Of a stretch of DNA of 64,000 nt, positions 36,601-45,823 are shown piece after piece. Location: NCBI GenBank assembly GCA_964500725.1, contig CAZCNP010000001.1, positions 257,520 through 321,519 on the forward strand, given 5' to 3'. Positions within the stretch are counted from its first letter, which is position 1, and each line of letters begins with the position of its first letter. A program made the translations under genes and the position numbers. Under the pieces are notes generated by a model. The model was not told the DNA's origin and searched no databases. It was given only the letters and a program-made list of their open reading frames with translations. This stretch comes from an uncultured Gammaproteobacteria bacterium (GTDB lineage Bacteria > Patescibacteriota > Microgenomatia > Daviesbacterales > UBA10151).

Positions 36601-38122
36601 CCCAGCCCCGAGTTGTCGGGTCCGCCCATAGGGCGGACCATTGGTTTAGAGCTTTACAGTAAACTTTTTTGTCTTTTAGTGTGAGGTCCGAGCCGAAGAT
36701 TTTTAAAGCAAGTACCTTTTTTGCCTCCATGTTGTTCCCTCTTGCGATATTAGCAACGCTCGCAGCTTCCACTATCCAGTTTTTGAAAGGTCCGAGCCAA
36801 GCATTTTTACTTTGTTGAAAAGAAAAAATCTGTTCTTCTAATTTTTTCTTTAAAGCAAGCAATTGGGATTTTTTAAGCAGATAATCATTTCTCTCAATAT
36901 CTTGGTCAAGATAGGAATCTAATAAGCGTTGGAGTTTAGAGGAAATTAGTTTAATCTCTGCTTGCTTTTCCTCAACAAACGACTGACAGGATTGGGATAC
37001 ACTCTTTTCTTCTAAGGATAACTTATCAAGCATTTTAGCTGCCCAATTTGTCTTCAAAGAAACTGTGGCTATATTATCTGAAAGCTGTCTATCTAAATCC
37101 TCTTGTCGAATAAAGGGCTCGCTACATTTAACAGTTTTGGACTTTTTCGTACAACGATAGTAAATATATGTCACATCTCTGTTAGTTCCTTGGTAATGTT
37201 TAGTCTTTTGCTCAGCAGTAATCATAAAACCACACTGCCCACAGCGAAAAAGTCCTGTAAAAGGCTTTGTTGGCCTAATATCATGCCAAGATCTACTCTT
37301 TTTGCGCCAAACTTCATGAACTTGATCCCACAGTTTCTTTGTAATGATTGGCTCATGTTTGCCTTCGTGGATCTCTCCTAAATATCTAAAATGGCCATAG
37401 TAGAATGGGTTAGATAAAATTTGTTTACTTACTCTATCAATTTTCAAAACCTTGCCATTCCTACCTACTATGCCATTTTTAGCCAAAAAGTGACATATAT
37501 CTAAAATTCTAAACTTCCTTGTTGCAAACATCTCAAAAGCTCTAACAACAGAAGGAGCTTTTCGCCTGTCAACAATAATAGTTTTAGTTCTTGAATCATT
37601 TATGTACCCAATAGGTGCAAGCTGAGGACATTCACCACGTCTTACTTTTTGGCGTAATCCTCTTTTGGTGTTTTCTGACAGAGAGTCCACGAAGTATTTA
37701 CTTTGCCCAAAGGCGATGGTGAGCATAAATTTTCCTTGAGGAGTAGGATCAAACCAGAATTGAGGAAACTTTAAGGCTTTAATTTTCTCAGTGTCAACAA
37801 GATAGATAATTTTGCCACCATCTACACTATTGCGAGCAAGTCTGTCTGGATGCCAAGCCAAAATACCAGAGGCCTCATTTTTTTCAATTCGCTCAACCAT
37901 AGAATTGAAAATTGGCCTGCCAGGTATTTTGGCAGATTGTTTCTCGATAAGTTCTTCTACTATGTATAAATCCTCACGCTTGGCAAACTCACGTAGCTCG
38001 GTAAGTTGCGCTTCAATAGATAACACCTGTTTATCCTCTACATCTGTAGACTTGCGAGCATATAATATGAATTTTTGCAAAGTATTACTGGTAGTTTGTT
38101 CCATAAAAATACAAATAAACAA
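36551..38122 (-). CDS. large serine recombinase (phage-integrase-type LSR: resolvase catalytic domain + recombinase domain + Zn-ribbon + coiled-coil)
   Basis: N-terminal LYARKSTDVEDKQVLSIEAQ (catalytic Ser), recombinase-domain features, CGQCG...C..C zinc ribbon, coiled-coil C-terminus. The last about 50 codons read through the left inverted repeat and the tRNA 3' exon, so the true stop may be earlier. Confidence 0.8.
   Translation of the reverse strand: MFICIFMEQTTSNTLQKFILYARKSTDVEDKQVLSIEAQLTELREFAKREDLYIVEELIEKQSAKIPGRPIFNSMVERIEKNEASGILAWHPDRLARNSVDGGKIIYLVDTEKIKALKFPQFWFDPTPQGKFMLTIAFGQSKYFVDSLSENTKRGLRQKVRRGECPQLAPIGYINDSRTKTIIVDRRKAPSVVRAFEMFATRKFRILDICHFLAKNGIVGRNGKVLKIDRVSKQILSNPFYYGHFRYLGEIHEGKHEPIITKKLWDQVHEVWRKKSRSWHDIRPTKPFTGLFRCGQCGFMITAEQKTKHYQGTNRDVTYIYYRCTKKSKTVKCSEPFIRQEDLDRQLSDNIATVSLKTNWAAKMLDKLSLEEKSVSQSCQSFVEEKQAEIKLISSKLQRLLDSYLDQDIERNDYLLKKSQLLALKKKLEEQIFSFQQSKNAWLGPFKNWIVEAASVANIARGNNMEAKKVLALKIFGSDLTLKDKKVYCKALNQWSALWADPTTRGWEPTAGIEPATPFFAFG
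36601..36724. repeat. left inverted repeat flanking the serine recombinase gene (65-bp perfect core 36607..36671, imperfect extension to about 36724); contains palindrome GTCCGCCC-ATA-GGGCGGAC
   Basis: Exact reverse complement of 38474..38538; the extended arms also match (gagccgaagattttt... vs gagccgaaagattt...). Confidence 0.85.
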
Positions 38123-38423
38123 AACAATAAATCAAGAAACATTTAAGTGGGAAAAGATGTGAGAGTGTAATTTACTTACCTCTCACTATTTCCACTTAAA
38201 TGGCCGCTCCGGTGCACTCAATCCAAGTTGCCTCGAATTGTCCGAAACGGCCATTAAAAAAGACAACCTTTAAGGACTGAGTGCATTTTCAATATATCAA
38301 ACTGCCAGAAAAAGACAATATAGCAAAAATTCAAATTCTTTTATTTTGGGCAAAGTTTCCGAATTTAGTAGGATTTATTAATGTGATTACTAAGAATAAA
38401 ATATCGCAAGAGATTAAAAATTA

Positions 38424-38549
38424 AAAAAGGTACTGCGGTTAAATCTTTCGGCTCTGTTTTTCTCTTTGCTCTTCAAAAAAGTTTACTGTAAAGCTCTAAA
38501 CCAATGGTCCGCCCTATGGGCGGACCCGACAACTCGGGATTGGGAGCAG
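38424..38549. repeat. right inverted repeat flanking the serine recombinase gene (partner of 36601..36724)
   Basis: caaaaaagtttactgtaaagctctaaaccaatggtccgccctatgggcggacccgacaactcggg is the reverse complement of the left core. Confidence 0.85.
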
Positions 38550-38597
38550 ATATACGATATCGCTCGAACATATTTTATCAATAACTTTTAGGGAATG

Positions 38598-38843
38598 AAA
38601 GCTTGCAAGGAAAAGGGGTAAAGGGGAAAAGGAATTGCAAGCTTCCGCTGCAAAATACGTAACCTGACGCATTATTGGTCGGCTTCCAAGGCATATCCGC
38701 TTTCCACCTTGGTACTAATCCCTACCTTAAACTTAAATCCTTCAAGGCTTTAAATCTGATGCATGCATTTGCGGTTCGCTTCGCTCAGTCCCGCTTCGCG
38801 GGACTTCGCTAAACAAAAATATATTATTTGGGGGAAAATTTCG
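38598..38843. repeat. left long terminal inverted repeat (about 250 bp, imperfect) of a 13.6-kb segment
   Basis: Reverse complement of 51927..52179: an identical outer block (aaagcttgcaaggaaaaggggtaaaggggaaaaggaattgcaagcttccgct), a divergent middle, and an identical inner block of about 110 bp (…ctgatgcatgcatttgcggttcgcttcgctcagtcccgcttcgcgggacttcgctaaacaaaaatatattatttgggggaaaatttcg). Confidence 0.85.
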
Positions 38844-38955
38844 CTTTTTCTCTTCTATATTGTTTGAATTATTTATTCTAATAAATATTTTTTATCTGAG
38901 TAACAAGTAGGATTGATACATGATTTAGATGATTTAGAGAGAAGGATTGAGGATT

Positions 38956-39729
38956 TTAGGGTTTGTAATTAGGGTAAAAATATTGCCATTCCATATTTTT
39001 GATACTTTGTTGAAAATCCTCAGGTATAGGTGCTTGTATAGTTCTCATATTTAATTTGATAGGATGTTGGAAAGTCAGTTCAAAAGCATGCAACATAGTT
39101 CTAGTAGCTCTAATAGCATCTCCACAATATAAGTAATCTCCCACAATAGGGTGTTTTAGATAGTCTGCTGAAACAACCCTAATTTGGTGGGTTCTACCAG
39201 TAACAATCTGCACCTCAGTTAAAGTTCTTATTCGTCCTTCGCCATCTTTTAAGCAAACAAGGGGTTTAAAAAAGGTGATTGAGTTTTTAGCTCCTGGAGG
39301 AATAAAACCTCTACCCGATTGTTCTGGTGTAACGATCTGCATTCTTTCAGTTTGAGTTGGAGCAATTGGTAATTCCGCTTTAAAAGGCTCTTTAAAATCC
39401 AATTCGCCTTCTAAAATCGCCAGATAGATCTTTCTCATGTTGGATCCTGCTTTGTTGGCAAATTGATCAAACAGCGAGATAAAAGCGGGACGAGTTTTGG
39501 AAAAAACCATTACACCTGTGGTATCTCTATCTAATCTGTTAGCTCGTTGCGTATTCCAACCTCTTAAGTGCTTTGCAATTTCTTCTATTCCAACTGGATT
39601 TACTTCTGAGTAATGAGAAGCAATGCCAGCGGGTTTGTTAATAATCAAAACATCCTGATCTTCATAGAGTACATGTTTATCAAAAGCATTAAGGAATTCC
39701 CAGGCTAATTGGTCTCTACCTGCAAGCAT
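38956..39729 (-). CDS. RluA-family pseudouridine synthase
   Basis: NRLDRDTTGVMVFSKT (catalytic Asp motif) and HQIRVVSADYLKHPIVGD. Confidence 0.8.
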   Translation of the reverse strand: MLAGRDQLAWEFLNAFDKHVLYEDQDVLIINKPAGIASHYSEVNPVGIEEIAKHLRGWNTQRANRLDRDTTGVMVFSKTRPAFISLFDQFANKAGSNMRKIYLAILEGELDFKEPFKAELPIAPTQTERMQIVTPEQSGRGFIPPGAKNSITFFKPLVCLKDGEGRIRTLTEVQIVTGRTHQIRVVSADYLKHPIVGDYLYCGDAIRATRTMLHAFELTFQHPIKLNMRTIQAPIPEDFQQSIKNMEWQYFYPNYKP

Positions 39730-39856
39730 TATATCAGGGTTGCCACCCCTGCGGTTGATTTGATCAAGTAACCATCTGTTAAAATCCTCAGTTGTAGTAG
39801 GATGACCTAGAAGCTCTCCAGAGGCTGAAAAAATAATAGTTCTTTTTGAGGAAATC

Positions 39857-41038
39857 TCAGCTGGATTTTTTTTCCCAACCTGCAGCTAACAATTCTTTAA
39901 CTTGCTTATTTGTTGCAAGAGGAGCTAGTACCCCAAAAACTACTAAAGCATCTTGGTCTTCAACATTAGCAACAAAGGTATTTTGTTTATCTTCTACAAA
40001 CCTAGTCAGTTTTGCTTGCAGAACTGCTTTACTGCGTTCATCTGAAGAACTTTCAACTTGATTGTTTAGGCTGTCTTGAATGCGTTGTAATTCTTCTTTG
40101 TCATCAGCTTTGATTGCAATTCCTAGTTTTTGTAAAATCTTTTGATCTACTTCCCCAAGCAGCCTACTTAAACGGTAAATTTCTGCTTTAGTTAATATTG
40201 GATCCACTTCCAAAACTTCTTGAGTAGGCGCTTCTTCTGGAGTTTGAGTTTGAATTTCAGAAGCATCAGGCTGTGCTATTTCATTAGGTGTGAATATAAT
40301 AGAACCTGAACTCTGAGCAGGTTCTGGTGATTTTGCTGGCAGAGTTACAATAGGTGTCTCAGCTGATTTTTTCGCTTTTGCTGGTCTTGGAGCTTGTTCC
40401 TTTGCTTTTGCGATTGGGATAGATGTGGCTGCTGCGGACTTGATGGACTCAACAGGCTTTGGTTCAAGGGTATAAGTAGCCTTTTCAGTCATATTGGAAG
40501 ACCTGATAGTAGCAATAGTATATCCTTGATCTACCAGTTTTGGTCTGATATTAGTTAAAAGAAGATTAGTATTGTTCTTAGAAATACCTAAGGCCTCAGC
40601 CAATTCAACATTAGTTGGTCTTTTAGTGGGGTTTGATAAAAACCAATCTACCATTTGTGTCTCTCTGGGACTTAAACCGGTGAAGATTGGTTTTACTACT
40701 GGCATTGATGTTTCAACAGGACTCTCTGGAACTGGTGCAGTACTAACAATTGGAGCGGTAGGATGTTCTTCTGGCTTGGTGACTTGGGGTATGGATCTTC
40801 CTAGGTAATCTTCAGCGGGTGGTTCTATACCCAGTCTTTTTCTGATTAAATTATTTATTTCTGGAACTATAACGTCTATTTGTCTAGCTGCTTTAATCTC
40901 TGAACGGACTTGAGTAGCCAGCGTTTCAGCTTCATCAATTCTTCCTTCTCTTAAAAGAACAGCACTTTGTTCAGATAACTGAGAGGCCCTGATCATTCTT
41001 TCTTGCTTAACAGTAAATAGAATTCTTTCAATAGCCAT
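39857..41038 (-). CDS. hypothetical protein with central Pro/Ala-rich linker and HTH-like segment
   Basis: MVDWFLSNPTKRPTNVELAEALGISKNNTNLLL looks like an HTH; low-complexity PA-rich middle; no catalytic motif recognised. Confidence 0.4.
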   Translation of the reverse strand: MAIERILFTVKQERMIRASQLSEQSAVLLREGRIDEAETLATQVRSEIKAARQIDVIVPEINNLIRKRLGIEPPAEDYLGRSIPQVTKPEEHPTAPIVSTAPVPESPVETSMPVVKPIFTGLSPRETQMVDWFLSNPTKRPTNVELAEALGISKNNTNLLLTNIRPKLVDQGYTIATIRSSNMTEKATYTLEPKPVESIKSAAATSIPIAKAKEQAPRPAKAKKSAETPIVTLPAKSPEPAQSSGSIIFTPNEIAQPDASEIQTQTPEEAPTQEVLEVDPILTKAEIYRLSRLLGEVDQKILQKLGIAIKADDKEELQRIQDSLNNQVESSSDERSKAVLQAKLTRFVEDKQNTFVANVEDQDALVVFGVLAPLATNKQVKELLAAGWEKKSS

Positions 41039-41101
41039 AATATCTTATAATAAGTGTAATTTATACACCTTCTATCTATAAAAGTCAAGCCTCAGCTGAA
41101 T

Positions 41102-44100
41102 CTAAGAGATTCTACCTTGTTTGCGTAACTTAGCTGCAACAGAAACTATCCTTAAGAGTGGTACATCCAAAGCTTCAGCGATCTGAGGATAGGTTAGAGT
41201 TGGGTTTTGATTTACAAAACTTACCAGACTATTGGTAAGTTCTTCATTTTGTTCAACAGCAGATCTTCGCTGGGTTGTTCTACCATCTCTGACAGGCTGT
41301 ATCTCACCATCTTTAATTAACTTGGCTGCAGATGAGGTGATACTGCTATAAGACTTACCTGTTAAAACTATTATTTGAGCATTACTAAAGCCACAGTTTC
41401 TAAGATCTCTGACTAGATTACCCACGATCCGTTTTCTGCCTGGTTTTTCTTCTTCTTTGTCATCTGCTTTTTGGTTTATTATTATATTTTGGGCAAGTAG
41501 TAGAGCTGCTTTTTGAATTGCCTGATGTGCTCTGTCTTCTACCTCTTTAGCTGTTATACCAAAAATAAGGCCTAGGCGTAGCTGGGTGGTCTCTGAAGAA
41601 CCAATACTTCTCAAATACATAGATAATAAACTTTGTTGCTGAGGAGAGAGTTGTTGTTTTACTTCTGGTCTTTGTATAGCTTGTTTGTAAACCTGCTTAC
41701 ACCAATCAATATCCCTGAAATTGATTTCTAATTTACCAGCTAGTTGATCCGCAATTGTGGGTGAAGAAATTGATGGCGAAGGTTCATCAGGAAAGAGTCC
41801 CAATCTAAAAGCGACTCTTTCAGCACTGGCACCACCATATAATATACCAGGCTGATCTTTTTCCCACCAACGAGTTTGCCTTTCTAATCCTTCATCACCC
41901 CTTAGTTTACCAAGACCTGCACCCTCAAGTTGTCTTACTCGTTCTCTTGTGATGCCTAACTGTCTACCAACTTCCTCTAGTGTTCTTTTCTCTCCAGCAC
42001 CATCCAAATTAAATCTTAATGTTAGTACATCGCGTTCTTTTTCATTTAAATGTTGGGCAAATGCTCGCTCGATCTCTGTTCTAAGTGCGTTGTGTTCTGA
42101 TTCTCTTGTTACTATTTCCTCAATAGATTCACTGGGATCTGATATAAGATCCCCTACGGATTTGCTGTCTTGATCATCCTCATCAAATGTTTCGTCTAAA
42201 GAGGCAACGGTCAGTATCTGAGAATAATATATGCTTAAGGCATTATTAATTGTGCCCTTAGACAGCTTAGTTTTTTCTGCCAGTAGTTGCTCCAGCTCCT
42301 CAAGGTTGGGTTCGTGTCCTCGGGCAACTGTAAATTCCCTAGCTATTTTTCTAGTTTTGCTTAATCTATCTTCTGCATGAACAGGTAATCTGATTAACCG
42401 ACTTTTATCTTTAATAGCTCGATCTATAGATTGTCTGATCCAGTGAGTGACATAGGTAGAGAATTTCGTGCCTCGGGAAACGTCAAATTTATCAATCGCT
42501 CTTAATAAACCAAAGCTGCCTTCTTGAATCAAATCAATGAGTGGTAACCCCATATCTCGATGTTTGTTGGCAATTGATGCAACTAAAAGGTAATTACAAT
42601 TTGCTACTAGATGTTGTAAATTAGGACTCTGGGCAATTGCATTTCTCATTTTGTCCCGATCTTTCTCTGGTGTAACTTCCATAAAGGTTGGATCATTAAC
42701 CAAATCAGCAATTGCGGCCCCTCTATCAAGATACTCAAAAATCAATTTTTCTAGTTGGGCTGTCAATAATGGGAAATGACTGATTTGTCTAAAAAATGCT
42801 TCTTCAACTGAGTTTTCCCCGTTTGCTCCATCTACAGTTACAGATGGTGTCTTAAGATACTGGTCAAAAAGTCCATAATCTATCTGTTCGAAAAAGGCAA
42901 GAGCTTGTTTTTGTTGTTCGCTCAAGACTAGGGGTCCCTTTTTTCTCTCTTTCAATCTTGATGTTTTGGTTACAAAACCTGTACTAAAATCAACTTGTCC
43001 TAGAGCGACAGATTCAGCAGCTCGGGCCACTGATTGATAAATATCTTTTGATTCCACAAAAAACAATCCATCCACTACTGCCTCAAACATAGTAAGTTCT
43101 GACATTAAGTGTCCAATCACCCTTTGATCGTAAGTACCTTTTTCTCTACCTAGAATATCGCCAACCAGATAAGGGATATGAACAGTGACTTGTTCTCTTT
43201 GCCCTAGACGATGAATTCGGTCGATTGCCTGGATATAGCGGCTAATAGCATTAGGAGCGATAAAAAGTATTACCTCTGTAGCTCTATTTTTTGATGAATT
43301 TAATGTAATAGATTCTCCAGCTGTTTGATAATTTCCTACAACTACCCCTAACCCCCCTTCCCCTAAAAAATTATTCTGAATGGACAGTTTTTGTTCATCG
43401 TTTAAGGTACCATCTAAAACACCTACTGGTCTGACCCCCAGAGCCCGCAATCTCTCAGCTATAGCTTTCGTACTAATAGGAGAAGTAAATCTGTTTTCTC
43501 CTTCAACAAAAGGCGTGAAGATAACTACCTTTCGACCTTCAGCTAAAAGTTGTTTAACCTTATCTGCCAACCAAGGCATTTTGACTTGTCCTTCCAATGC
43601 CAGTAATGAATAAAATAAAGAGAAAGAATTGTCTGCATTTTTGATCGCCTGCTCTGCTGCTGACTTGAAACTTTGCTGATGCTCAGGAGACATCGATCCT
43701 AAATCTATCGGTATAAATTTAGTTTCTTTGGCTGGTAACTCAGAAATCTCATCCTTACGGCGTCTCATCATTACTTTCCTTAAAACTTTATATGTTTCAA
43801 CAGGATCGTATCTAATTTTTGCAATCAGCTCTGCTGGGATAAGTTTTGGATTGATCAAATGAGCTAAAATTAATGGTTCAATTAAATCTTTAACAAAAGG
43901 AGTACTAGTTGCAAAAGATACAGTCATCTCAGGGTGATCTTTAATAAACTGATATAAAACTGCAATTCTTTTGGCTATACTTACTCCACCTATTTCTTGT
44001 AAGGGCTTACTTAAGTTTATGGCCTCTATATTTCTAGATTTAATATTATGCGCCTCATCGATTAGAGAAGCAGCAAAAGGAAATTCATTCAACAATCTTC

Positions 44101-45817
44101 TAAAGTTAGGGTGGCGAAAAATATCATAGTTGACTAAAATAACTTGTTTATCCTTAGGGCATGCTTTCAATCGAGCCCTTAACACCTTTATTCGCTCATT
44201 TAAGGTTTTACCCTTAAGTTCTTCTTCAGCTACTGAATTAATATTAACCAAATCAAATCTGTCTGATTGTAAGTGTTTAGCTATTTCTTGTTCAACATTG
44301 GCAATAACTGTTTTACTACCAACTACTAAAACTCTACCTGGTTGTTCCTGTGAACACTCTTTTTTGTCCAGTAAATTTAGAGCTCCTAACATAAAAATAA
44401 GAGTTTTACCAGTTCCAGGTTCATCAGCTAAAATATGGCCACCATTTTCGACAAACTGTTTAATTGCTTCTACCTGATGCAGTAATAAATGTTTTTTATT
44501 ACCTTCTGGATCAAGCGTGGTAAAATAGGCTATCTGAGGAGCAAAATTGGCAATCTCCGCAAAATGTTGATAGATCTGAGGAAAAACTTTAGCATCGAAA
44601 AAATCAGTTAAATTTTTGTCTACATCCTCAGAAGGCATAATCTGTTGCTGGGTATAAATTTTCAAAAATTGGGTAAAAACAGTTGGAGGAATAGTTTTTG
44701 CTCCTGGGTTTTTATCCAAATACAGATTCCAAAACGAAGAAGCAGCTTTATAAAGTTCACTTTTAACAAGAGGTTGATAGTAACCTTCTACCAAAGAAAG
44801 AATGACCTTTTTAGAAGCAGCAGCCACGGCTTGATTATCGCTATCAGCCTGCTTAAAAAATACAACTAACGGATCCGATTGAGACAAAACTTCTTTAGCT
44901 CGATGGGATTTGGTTTGTTCTACAAATTTACTGGCTGTCTGTAAGAGTTTTTTCGCTTCCACCTGGGATAGAGCACCAAAACCACTATCTGGTAATTTTA
45001 CTGATAAATAATTGGTTAGAGCATCCAAAATTAGATCCTGGCTATCTGGTCTTAAAGCTTTAGAAGTTTCTACAACGAAAGTAGCTTCTTCAGTCAGGAA
45101 CCGGCCTACAACTTCCTCGGCATGATCCTCAAAATTTTCAGGGAACTTACCGCAAAGCTGTAATTGAACATTCTCCGGAGCTTTCTGAAAAAACATCTCG
45201 AATCTAGCTTTTCTTCTGGCTGCCGGACTACCAGCTTGAGTTTCATCAGCGTTTGTAACAACATACTGTAAATCCCAAAGGATAGATTCAACATGATGAT
45301 ACTTACCAGTAGCGAATCCTCTATATATAACAGTAGGATTCTCAGGGTCAAATGAGTCTAAAAATTGAGTAAAAGTAATATTCTCCTCAAGCAAACTTAA
45401 ATCATGACCAAAATCACTCCAAAATTTAGGAGTAAATACAAAATCGGCGGATTTGAGCTTAGTTGGAATCCATAATTTTTCAGCCATTAACTGTCTTGAT
45501 TCCGAAACTGTCTGTAGAAATTCTTCTTCCCCAAGAGGGGGTTGAAATTCGGATATTAGTGCTCTAGCTACCCTTTGATCATCTGGACGGCCTGATATAA
45601 AAGAATATCCAAGTCTGAGCATAGAGTACTTACCGCCTCTACCATTGAGAGCATTAGGATTTGCGTCAGGATCGAAAAAGTCAAAGAATTGACCAATATG
45701 CATTTTCCCCCCAACTTTTTCCAAATCTTGCTTTAATCCGCGCCAAAATTCAATTGTGCTAATCCCATCTAAATTTTCAGCGGTAAGAGGAGGTTCCTTT
45801 TCCCTAAGCATAGTCAT
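41102..45817 (-). CDS. 1571-aa fusion protein: unknown N-terminal domain + SNF2/RapA-type helicase ATPase + complete sigma-70 (regions 2, 3, 4) domain + C-terminal HTH-like domain
   Basis: SNF2 motifs I ILADEPGTGKT, II LIDEAHNIKS, V NYQTAGESITLNS, VI QAIDRIHRLGQ. Sigma-70 region 2 IDLIQEGSFGLLRAIDKFDVSRGTKFSTYVTHWIRQSI; region 4.2 RTLEEVGRQLGITRERVRQLEGAGLGKLR. Confidence 0.85.
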   Translation of the reverse strand: MTMLREKEPPLTAENLDGISTIEFWRGLKQDLEKVGGKMHIGQFFDFFDPDANPNALNGRGGKYSMLRLGYSFISGRPDDQRVARALISEFQPPLGEEEFLQTVSESRQLMAEKLWIPTKLKSADFVFTPKFWSDFGHDLSLLEENITFTQFLDSFDPENPTVIYRGFATGKYHHVESILWDLQYVVTNADETQAGSPAARRKARFEMFFQKAPENVQLQLCGKFPENFEDHAEEVVGRFLTEEATFVVETSKALRPDSQDLILDALTNYLSVKLPDSGFGALSQVEAKKLLQTASKFVEQTKSHRAKEVLSQSDPLVVFFKQADSDNQAVAAASKKVILSLVEGYYQPLVKSELYKAASSFWNLYLDKNPGAKTIPPTVFTQFLKIYTQQQIMPSEDVDKNLTDFFDAKVFPQIYQHFAEIANFAPQIAYFTTLDPEGNKKHLLLHQVEAIKQFVENGGHILADEPGTGKTLIFMLGALNLLDKKECSQEQPGRVLVVGSKTVIANVEQEIAKHLQSDRFDLVNINSVAEEELKGKTLNERIKVLRARLKACPKDKQVILVNYDIFRHPNFRRLLNEFPFAASLIDEAHNIKSRNIEAINLSKPLQEIGGVSIAKRIAVLYQFIKDHPEMTVSFATSTPFVKDLIEPLILAHLINPKLIPAELIAKIRYDPVETYKVLRKVMMRRRKDEISELPAKETKFIPIDLGSMSPEHQQSFKSAAEQAIKNADNSFSLFYSLLALEGQVKMPWLADKVKQLLAEGRKVVIFTPFVEGENRFTSPISTKAIAERLRALGVRPVGVLDGTLNDEQKLSIQNNFLGEGGLGVVVGNYQTAGESITLNSSKNRATEVILFIAPNAISRYIQAIDRIHRLGQREQVTVHIPYLVGDILGREKGTYDQRVIGHLMSELTMFEAVVDGLFFVESKDIYQSVARAAESVALGQVDFSTGFVTKTSRLKERKKGPLVLSEQQKQALAFFEQIDYGLFDQYLKTPSVTVDGANGENSVEEAFFRQISHFPLLTAQLEKLIFEYLDRGAAIADLVNDPTFMEVTPEKDRDKMRNAIAQSPNLQHLVANCNYLLVASIANKHRDMGLPLIDLIQEGSFGLLRAIDKFDVSRGTKFSTYVTHWIRQSIDRAIKDKSRLIRLPVHAEDRLSKTRKIAREFTVARGHEPNLEELEQLLAEKTKLSKGTINNALSIYYSQILTVASLDETFDEDDQDSKSVGDLISDPSESIEEIVTRESEHNALRTEIERAFAQHLNEKERDVLTLRFNLDGAGEKRTLEEVGRQLGITRERVRQLEGAGLGKLRGDEGLERQTRWWEKDQPGILYGGASAERVAFRLGLFPDEPSPSISSPTIADQLAGKLEINFRDIDWCKQVYKQAIQRPEVKQQLSPQQQSLLSMYLRSIGSSETTQLRLGLIFGITAKEVEDRAHQAIQKAALLLAQNIIINQKADDKEEEKPGRKRIVGNLVRDLRNCGFSNAQIIVLTGKSYSSITSSAAKLIKDGEIQPVRDGRTTQRRSAVEQNEELTNSLVSFVNQNPTLTYPQIAEALDVPLLRIVSVAAKLRKQGRIS

Positions 45818-45823
45818 GTTATT

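Noticed and set aside
36551-36724. Treating the 3' approx. 170 nt of the serine recombinase ORF as genuine coding sequence
   Set aside because: This stretch is the reverse complement of the tRNA-Thr 3' exon and of the perfect inverted repeat. The ORF is probably carried through by chance absence of stops, but no earlier stop exists, so it is kept in the feature with a caveat.
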